This document shows, piece by piece, positions 55,426 to 64,000 of a stretch of 64,000 nt of DNA. Origin of the DNA: Ophelia neglecta. Taxonomy: Eukaryota. The notes beneath the pieces were generated by a model, which was not told the origin of the DNA, ran no database searches, and was given only the letters and a program-made list of their open reading frames with translations. Each line of letters begins with the position of its first letter. Position 1 is the stretch's first letter. The stretch spans positions 63,612,001 through 63,676,000 of the forward strand of contig OZ260661.1 of assembly GCA_965285935.1 (NCBI GenBank), in the 5' to 3' direction. The position numbers and the translations under genes were made by a program.

Positions 55426-58400
55426 CTAGAAATTAATTTCAAATTTTAAACAGGTTTATATACCTCAATAGCATTTTATTTCAATATGAATTACCAATCG
55501 TGAATTGATAATAGACTCTCAGTTGCCCAACATTGTGTATGATACTTGTTAAAGTGCAGTGCTTCAGTGCTGCCAAGGATCTACATAACTAACCCTGCCC
55601 AAGCTTGCACGATTTCTACCAGTAATGACATGAAATAGTATGAGCAAGGCCTACTTTGCAGGGAAAAATGGAATCCATAATAAATTGCAAGAGACAGTTT
55701 ATAACAGTAGTATTGCAAATTTCATAAATAGTTGGGAAAGAATCAAGACTACAATATGTAATGTCTTAAAAAGTTATGTTCTTTTTTTATTTCATCAGTC
55801 ATAATACACCCTAAGGAAAAAGATGGAAATCAGTTTTGCTCATATGCTGTAATAAGAATCACATCATCATATTCTTTGAATATATGACCAAAAAAGTATA
55901 TGTCCCCATTCTTTGGAAAGGGACAAAAGTTCTGGAAAGAGGTAGCTTATTTAATGGCCATGCACAGATTCACTTAATGGTATTGAAGTTTATGGGAATA
56001 CCCAACTTTATGTATGCATTATTGTATGGATTCCATGCCAACCAACCAACTCAATATTTTTCTAGAAAGTTGTCCCTGAACCTTAGTGACATAATATTGT
56101 CAATTATTTTTCATTTTTGTTACATAGCATTTCTGTTGAATGCAGAGCTTTTTGATATATAATTATGGTTACCATGGCAACTAAGGTACCTATAAACTTG
56201 CCAACCACCAGAAATTACCAAATTTGCTTTAGTTATTAGTATTTTAAGAGTTTACTTTTTAAGGATGTTCATATTTTGCTGTCTTTTTAGTTAAATGTCA
56301 TGATGGCAAAGTACAATACCCCCTAAACAAATAGGCCAATTAAAGATGTGAAATACACTTCTGGGGGCCTATTATAAACTTGATGATTCATGACAAAGAC
56401 ATACCTACCTTTCATGAATCTGGTTCCATTAACGAGTGTGCAATAGAGTGGCACGTCATTATCAATGTAGGCTCTGAGCATATGAAGTATGTCATTACTG
56501 GTAGCAAATGTCTGCAGGCATTAACAGTATATTAACCAATACCAAAATAATCAACTATGACTGGTTAGTCTGTTATAATAACATACATGTATATTATAAT
56601 TATTCATTGCTGAAACCTACAGAACAATTAATTAGCACTATTAGAGCTTAAATATAATCTGATTTTTCTATCTAGTTACCAGTAAAAGGTCCCTGATCAC
56701 CCCCTTCTTCACAAGCCTCCACCTGAGGGCCTTGGTCTGATGTAAATATGGTCAAAGTCTTATTACCAAGTGCAAGCTCCTGCACTACAGCCATTATTTC
56801 GCCAACAAGCCAATTCATCTCATTTACCTGGTCTCCATAAATGCCTTAGGAACAACAATGAAACAACAGTATCAGTACCTCACATTTGTTTGGCTTAGCT
56901 ACATGGATCTTTCCATAGATCAAGGCATATGATTTGTATTCTTGGTATTCAGGTATAAGGCTAGGAAAGTGAGAGAAATCATCCAGTCATAAATATTTTA
57001 TCATTTAATAGTCCTGCAACCAGTGCCTTGTTGGTTTGTCATTGTATCATTGTATACTGTAATGGTAAAAATGTTTTACATTTGCATTTCTACAAAAAAT
57101 GACAATTTGCAGGGCTTTTTGTGCCAAAAGATATATAGGCCTTGTACATAAAGACAAATATGATTTTACGGGGTGTTTTAATTTTTGCAAGAGAGCAGTT
57201 ATTCATGAAATTCACAACTTTAAACCAACAAGAACACCATTTTAGTGTTGCAGTATGGTGTCATGAACAAAAATGACACCGTCTGAAATATACGATGTAC
57301 AAGTCTTTTATTTATGAACTTAGGGCATGACACTGATTTTAATTACTTTGCAATTACTATTTCATGCCATGGCTTATGATTAAACATACTTTAAGAATGC
57401 AATCCATATTTTTGTGCAAACGGAAGATTGAGTGCCTTTAATTTTCCAGTCCTCAATCTGTCTTGATAGCCTTGCTTTTGTTGAGACTTTACAGAGAATA
57501 CACAGTATGCTTTAATTGCACCATGATCTAAATGCTGAGAAAAGTTAAAAACTCAAATTCTGTGGCACTAGTGAGATTGAGCTCCTCAACCATCAGGCAA
57601 CCCATTGAATGGTAATAGAAGATTTCCTCAATGTCCCCATTTAATCCAGTGAAATGAGCAGTTGACACCTGCTCCAGCATCATATTGTTTTGAAAGAAAA
57701 AAAAAATCACTCTCTGAATTCCTCCTTACTTTTTAATTAAACCACTTTGAACCCAAGAGATTGATACTTGAAGGACATCATGGCTGGGCCTGAGCTAGCC
57801 TTTCTCATCTTTTGAGAGCTTTTGGGTAAATCTAGGGTCAAAATCGTGCATCTCTTGTTCACTTACTTTTATTTCTCTCAGGAAATATTAAGCCTTAATA
57901 AGATCCAATTTAATATTGCTATGGATGAGGTCATGTATGACTTGGTTATTGACTTTTCTGCCCACCTCTTCTTTAAACTTGGCCACTTGATCAGCAAATT
58001 GATATTGTTCAAAGAACAATGATGAGATTAAAAGCATTGTCCAATAACAATGACCTACATGTAATTAGACCATCTGGTAGCTGAGCTGGTCTCTAACCAG
58101 TCCATTTTTCTGCTTTAGCATAGATTTACATGTTCACTTAAATTTAATATATTTAAATGGACACATAATATAATATACACATATTTATGTTACCTCTTTT
58201 TGATTTCCCCTTGAAGTTAGGATGGTTGAACATAGGAGTATGGGTCTGTGGTAGGCTGACAAATAAAAAGAATGGATTGTTTTCTTTATTGTGATCAAAG
58301 AGAAATGCCTTTGCATCATGGAGGATTGATGAGCTCAAAGTTTCCAGGTTAATGGGCTGCTGTGTGATAGATGAGTTGTTATAGAGGAAACAAGTCCTGG

Positions 58401-60539
58401 CTGAGGGATGAGTCTTCACATGTCTCTGAAGGAAATATAATGCCCAAATCATACCAAATTTTCAATTAACTAAACATATTAAAGTGTAACCAATTGTTAG
58501 AAAGTAATTTAGAAATGCTAAACCTGCCAATTACCAAAGTGACCTACATGTACATACACTGATATTGAATGCTGCCGCCTATTATAACATTCAGAATAGT
58601 AAAAATATAACACATTCATTTAGTAGTTTCTGGACTACCAACAAACATGTAAGTCACAGTCAATGTTACAATATTAAGAATAACTGAAAAACAAACCTTG
58701 CTGGTATCACAGCCCCAATTCAGTGTATATGGTAAAATTGTTCCCACATGCTGAAAGCCGTGATGTTGAGGCAGGTACAACCCATCATTGTAAACGTTTT
58801 CATTAATTCCTATTGGCAGTGATGAAAATAAATAGCTTTATCAGTCATGAGTATCTATATTCCCTCATAATATCAACAAACAGTTTCCATAGCTTAATCA
58901 GAAACAACAGAAGTATTATTCAGAGATCAAAATGATACTGTCAGGAGTGCTTTTGAATACATAAATGATGGGCCATAAATAATAAGAGAATTCATCTAAA
59001 TTGAATTATTTGGCCTGCATTTTTTACAGGATGAAACTTAAAAGGGCCTACCTAAGTGCCATTTCCCCACTATACCAGTAGTATAGCCCGCATCCTTTAA
59101 GGCCTCTGCAATAGTTATCTCCTCTTTAGGAAGACCCCCAGAATGGCATGGATACAGAATCTGGGTAGGGCCATACATGCCCAGCTTGTGTGGCTGCCTA
59201 CCTGTGATTAGAGAACTGTCAAAGATCTTATCTCCTACAATTATAAACCTCAATAGAAGGTTTGCTTTCTATTTCATGTGCTGTTCCGCAATTACCTAGA
59301 GTGATGTAGTCCTGGTTTGAAAGATTATATGGCCAGTGATGACATATTGTGGTTAAAATAAAACGCAGTAAAAAAATCTGTGTGCCAAAATGGCAAATAT
59401 TAATGGGGACTATATATAAGGTTTTACACTATGTGCATTCAACTGAATAATGACCAAAATGTTTCCGTGAGCTCTGGTGGTGCTAAGTACTGGTTGAGGA
59501 AAATGGCGGTATAATATGCTTTCCTTTCTTCATACAAGTATCCCCCATTTTTCTTGTTCAAAGAATTAATGATGGGGGCAAAAACGACACATTTGAACTG
59601 ATGGGAGGGGGAGGTAGAGGCAAACTTCCCTCCTTTCCTCATAAGGCCGGCTCTCTCCCTCTGCACTATTTCAGGCCAAAGTAAAATCCAGTGACTGTCT
59701 TACATGAGACAGAGGCTATCATATTAAAAGTTGTTTAAACTAATTAAATCCTTCTACATGGATTATCATGAATTTACTTAGAGAGCACAAATTCTCAACC
59801 TAGTGAATAAAATAACTCAATATACTAATTATTGCCCTTTTATGTTACAGCCACTGGCAGGATTGGGAAAATGTAACAGGTTATTTCATTGTACTCTATA
59901 TGTTACCACCTAAATATTACAATAAGTTCCATATATTCAGATTTACATAGGATCATGTGGCCTGTGTAAAAGAAACGCTTGACATGATTGAAACCACAGT
60001 AGCCTGGGTCAAAGGTATTTACCTGTCTTATGATTAGCAATGTGCTATGTTCAAAAACATTGAAAGACCCTGAAGCAAAATAAGTTACAGCATTCCAAGA
60101 CCCGTTCCTCATGGTGTCTTTAAGTCACAACATTTGGGTTCAAATTTGGATCTTATAGCAACATTGTTCGAAAAAAAACATGCAACAACTTACTCTAAAA
60201 ATTCCACAGTCCGGCATGTATCTTAATATGGGCAATAATAGACATTTAAATTTGGAGTTTGAATTTATGTTTGGTAGAGAAAGATATGCAGACTGTACCT
60301 GTAAGTAGTGCAGCTCTACTGGGTGTGCAAAACACAGCAGGGGAGTACATCTGTGTAAACCTCAGCCCCTCCTGGGCCATTTTATCTACAGCACCGGGTT
60401 CCTGAGTAGGATGACCATAGCATGACAGATCTCCATAGCCAAAGTCATCAGCCAGAAATAATATAAAATTAGGTAGCTTATCTGAATGGGTCATGGACAA
60501 TGTGAAGATGAACCACAGGCAGATTGTTTGCATGAACAT
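54803..60539 (-). CDS. Arylsulfatase (formylglycine-dependent S1 sulfatase; sea-urchin Ars/ARSA/STS-like), about 507 aa, 6 coding exons
   Basis: Signal peptide [19 protein letters not shown]; [16 protein letters not shown]; [12 protein letters not shown]; [13 protein letters not shown]; [10 protein letters not shown]; GKG..EGGLRVP; C-terminal [10 protein letters not shown]. Exons join in frame (1,524 nt). Confidence 0.93.
56680..56844 (-). CDS. arylsulfatase coding exon 5
   Basis: ctaag|..[16 protein letters not shown]...[11 protein letters not shown]...GPFT-g|gtaact; not in the ORF track. Confidence 0.9.
58194..58425 (-). CDS. arylsulfatase coding exon 4
   Basis: ttcag|RHVKTH...[16 protein letters not shown]...KSKR-g|gtaaca. 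Confidence 0.92.
58697..58809 (-). CDS. arylsulfatase coding exon 3
   Basis: aatag|..[37 protein letters not shown]|gtttgt; not in the ORF track. Confidence 0.9.
59052..59201 (-). CDS. arylsulfatase coding exon 2
   Basis: cacag|...RQPHKLG...GKWHL-g|gtaggc. Confidence 0.92.
60299..60539 (-). CDS. arylsulfatase coding exon 1 (acceptor at 60579 implies an upstream UTR exon)
   Basis: ATG at 60539; CTPSR motif; donor g|gtacag, phase 1. Confidence 0.9.
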
Positions 60540-62513
60540 TGTTGACCTAATCGTCAGCAGATCTACTAATATCTTCCACCTGTCGACAAAATAAAAAGAA
60601 TATAATGTCACAAGCAATAGTTTACAATTAATGAATCTATACAGCAAATAAAATAACCCTGTTAATTTAATGGTAAAACGTCACTCCGCAAGTATGTTAA
60701 TTTGTGACCAGTGATGTGTTTGCAAATTTGACCTTGGCATAAGTCTTAAAGGTCAAATCAATCAAATCTAGATTTTAGTTTACCTTAAATGAGGTAGAAC
60801 CTAAATCGTCATCAGAAGCCTTTAGAAAAGCATTTACCTTGCACATGTTATAGAGTTCTCACTCGATAGGTGAAATCACTAAAATCATGATATCTTCTGG
60901 GTTTTTAAACTTTACTATTAAATTTTCTGGGTCTACCATACCCTTGTCAGTCATGTTTTCTTGTCAGGTGCACTTGATTTTCTTTTATATTCATTATCCT
61001 TGTCTATTTAATCCATGTTTGATCGCAGTACAACTTTTTCCAAACCAGAAATATCATTTCAATAAGGATTTGGAAGTGACGTCGTGCCCACTTCATCTAA
61101 AAATTATTGCAGTACTAAGGAGCCTCAACCCAGTAATATGTTTGGCATATAGTTTGAAATTGAAACTTGTGAATATCATCTTTGCATTTAAATACATGAG
61201 GCCTATGTTACATCTTCAGCCCTGAATTTTAAAACACTTTAGTTTCATTTTTGGCAAAAACAAGAATTTAAACCTGCGTGATCATTTAAATCATTACGGT
61301 ATTTAGTAAATTATTAAATCTAATGTAGTAATATTCGTGCTATGAGTATGCAAGGGTTTTCAGGCAAAGAAATGTGGATAGGGGGTATGAAGCGGGGAGG
61401 GGGGGGGGGTGAGGCAGGTGCGTCCTTATTCCCGCTGGATGCCAGCTTTGAGTGCCAGCTAATTTTTACCCAACCGCTTACACCCAGGACAATTTTCAAA
61501 AATATCAGTGAGGTATTTTTTGGCAAAATATCAACTAATTGAGTGCCAGCTCAGATAGGCTCAGATTTCTTCTTAGGCCATGCAAATTAATCAAAATTCA
61601 TTGGCGTATTGCAGAAAATCATGTAGGGCTTTCCTTTTCATCTGCTTCAGAAAATCTCAAGGTTGGCAGCCCTAAAAATTAAGATAAGAATTTGTTTCAA
61701 AAATAAGCTTCTCGCCCCCCCCCCTCTCGTTATAACCCTCCCCCCCCCAATCTCCCCCCCCCCATTTAAAAGAGCTTCACGCTGGGAAATGCGTGGTGTC
61801 ATACACGTACGTACTTGACTGTTTAAAAATAGTGCTGATTCAAGTCCACCCCAGAGCTGAGTCTACCCACAAGGTAGCCTATAGTCAAACTGTCAAAGGC
61901 CTACGCCTACATGTATGAAGACTGAGTCAACAAATGATAAAAGAACAAGCTCAGTTCATATTAATTAGAATAATCAATGACCTTTACCCTGCAGGCACGC
62001 AGATCAAATGATCAGGAAATTAAAGTTAATTACCACAGCTGACATATAGAGTGGAGTTGCCGAAACCAGCTTGTCCAAAGTACATCTATCTAGTACCTAT
62101 CTAAACATTACCCCCCCCCCCTTAAGGATCTTCCTTGGCCGCATAAAACGTATCGAAATTTCTAATGATTCCTAATATGTTCTTTATAACATAAATTAAT
62201 TTATTCTTGAAAGTAAACCACAAAGGTAATTACACTGAACGATGTAGATTATATTTTCACTCATAAAGGTTGTACATATTTGTCACACAGATGCACAGAA
62301 AACATCTACAAAAGTCTTATGGGCTTTTGGGTCCCAGTAATTTAGGTCCCAGCACGCATCAAGCGGGATCAATGAAGCTGATACCTAAGAAGCGAGCAAT
62401 GCCGAAAAACAGAGTGGAAGAACCTGAAGATATGTCTTCTAGTGGGCTTCGGACGCTAAATACCTGGTGACTATGGTCCCTGTAGTGCGCATGATTGATT
62501 GACATGAACCCAA

Positions 62514-62655
62514 CAGTGGCGTAGGAAGCGGGAGGGGGGGGGAAGGGGGGCGGGAGGGCCATGGCCCCCCTACTTAAAAAAGTGGGGGGCATCATATGTT
62601 TTGCCCCCCCCCCCCCCCACTTTGTAATGATGACCCTCTCACTTTTTGCCCTCTC
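62514..62655 (+). mobile_element. G/C-tract interspersed repeat (CAGTGGCGTAG-headed, non-autonomous DNA-transposon-like), copy 1
   Basis: cagtggcgtaggaag-G tract-catg-C tract-acttaaaaaagtggg...catatg..C tract..acttt; near-identical layout to the copy at 62810. Confidence 0.6.
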
Positions 62656-62809
62656 AAAATGGTGCACATGCAGCAGTGGTCAGAAGCGTCTCTCCTCATT
62701 TGGATTGACCATAATCATACTGTTACCTGTGGGCAGGTTATTTACAAACCCATTACACAGCCAATAATTGAATTTATTCAATGTTTTGTGGCATGTAAAG
62801 ATCAATGTA

Positions 62810-62961
62810 CAGTGGCGTAGGAAGGGGGGGGGGGGCTGGGGGGCATGCCCCTCCCCACTTAAAAAAGTGGGAGGGGGACATATGCTTTGGCACCCCAACT
62901 TTTTATGCCGGTGCCGTAAAGTTGGCCCCCTCACTTTGAGCTGCTTGCAGAGGGGCCTAGA
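62810..62961 (+). mobile_element. G/C-tract interspersed repeat, copy 2
   Basis: Same head and internal motifs as 62514, 296 bp downstream, direct orientation. Confidence 0.6.
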
Positions 62962-63987
62962 TTCCTGTATCCTAGGATGTTCAACATGGTCTCACGCAAC
63001 TTCTAAGTCTGTCATTGTGAGAATTTATCACCTTGAATTAACAAACAACGCATTCAGTTTTCACTGAGCCTGCGCAATGTGCCTGCCATGTGCAATTTAC
63101 ATTTAATGTGTGTATTTGTAAAGCATTACTGTCGAGGCCGTTGTACACCTGCTCATATCGTGCCGATCCTTGTTCGGCCATCCTCCAGGCATTCTCCACT
63201 GTCAGAGCAGGTTTCAGTCTTTTTCTTTTTATTAAACGAGATATATAGGTAACATGCGTGTATATATACATAGCTAATAGTGGAGAAATCAATGAACAGT
63301 AGTATTTCCTTCAAGTTGATTTGGATTGTTTTCCGGTGTGCCCTGTGAATAAACTTCAGTATCACTCATAAGCGTTTGTTATATTCTAATCCGAAGCTAC
63401 TTAAAATTAAAATCAATCCGTATATATTATATGATATCAATGCATATACAATGTATTTGCGCCCTAGAATTGTGGGTTACTAATATACAGATGTTTCTTT
63501 TACATTATAATTCGGAAACATCATAACGGCAGATTAAATGTGTTTTATAAACATATATAATCTGGAACTATGAACCATGTGTTCAATTGTTTCAGAAAAA
63601 AATGTGCTCTCTATCTAGGTCCTACCTATTCATATTATACTTTAACTTGGGTCAAGAAATATGTTGATTTAGATGTTTAACTGTGCTACAGCATATTTTA
63701 AGGTCAAGTGCTTTTAACTTTTTTCTTACCAAGATGCCTACAGGAATTCAAACTTTAATATTCAAGTATATTTTTAACAGTTAATATGTTAAATTAAGAT
63801 ATTTCCACCAGTATAGGGAAAATTGAAGTAAAATATAATAGGTTATAACAATTTTTGTTTACTGCCTTGTTTTAAATTGTAATAGTCTAAACCACTTGTA
63901 AAGCAACTAGTTAAAGGCACTCGATAAGAGAAAAAATACCAAAAATGTTTGACGGTTGTTACTGTAGATCTATATTACGAGTAAATA

Positions 63988-64000
63988 CAGTGAAACCTGA
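63988..64000. mobile_element. Start of a second copy of the 5764-5922 MITE family (truncated by window end)
   Basis: ta-cagtgaaacctg, identical to the left TIR at 5762. Confidence 0.5.

Noticed and set aside
63038-63292. 84-aa minus-strand ORF with a Cys-rich end and a CAG|gtgtac donor-like site
   Set aside because: No recognisable family and no convincing acceptor; cannot tell exon from repeat fragment.
1-64000. tRNA, rRNA, snoRNA, autonomous transposase or RT genes
   Set aside because: None recognised by eye; a covariance-model (Rfam/tRNAscan) search would be needed to exclude small RNAs.

Overview
AT-rich, intron-rich animal genomic DNA; the many TACATGTA motifs weakly suggest a mollusc or other lophotrochozoan. 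Positions 1-50751 (+) hold the 3' part of a giant nesprin-1/SYNE1-like gene. I traced 43 exons (about 15.9 kb, about 5,300 aa in this window) encoding spectrin repeats, the conserved nesprin 'star' and adaptive regions, and a C-terminal KASH domain ending PPPF*. A complete six-coding-exon secreted/lysosomal arylsulfatase (about 507 aa) lies convergently on the - strand at 54803-60539. The most striking observation is a single 4.64-kb exon (13233-17873) inside the 13.4-kb nesprin intron. It has a phase-0 acceptor in frame with the upstream nesprin exon, its own stop and polyA signals, and a candidate private ATG exon (12463-12477). It encodes about 1,546 aa of predicted disordered sequence with three SxIP (EB1-type) motifs in a Ser/Arg-rich region, eight TQT plus one QQT LC8/DYNLL-type motifs, and RxLPxxP SH3-ligand motifs. 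It is therefore either a KASH-less, spectraplakin-like nesprin tail or a nested gene. Other points: a frame switch before the KASH exon (direct splicing gives an immediate stop, so small exons must exist), two GC-AG introns, candidate cassette or internal first exons, a roughly 400-aa Ser/Thr insert within a spectrin repeat, MITEs and small repeats. All homology calls are from recognition of the sequence, not from database searches.
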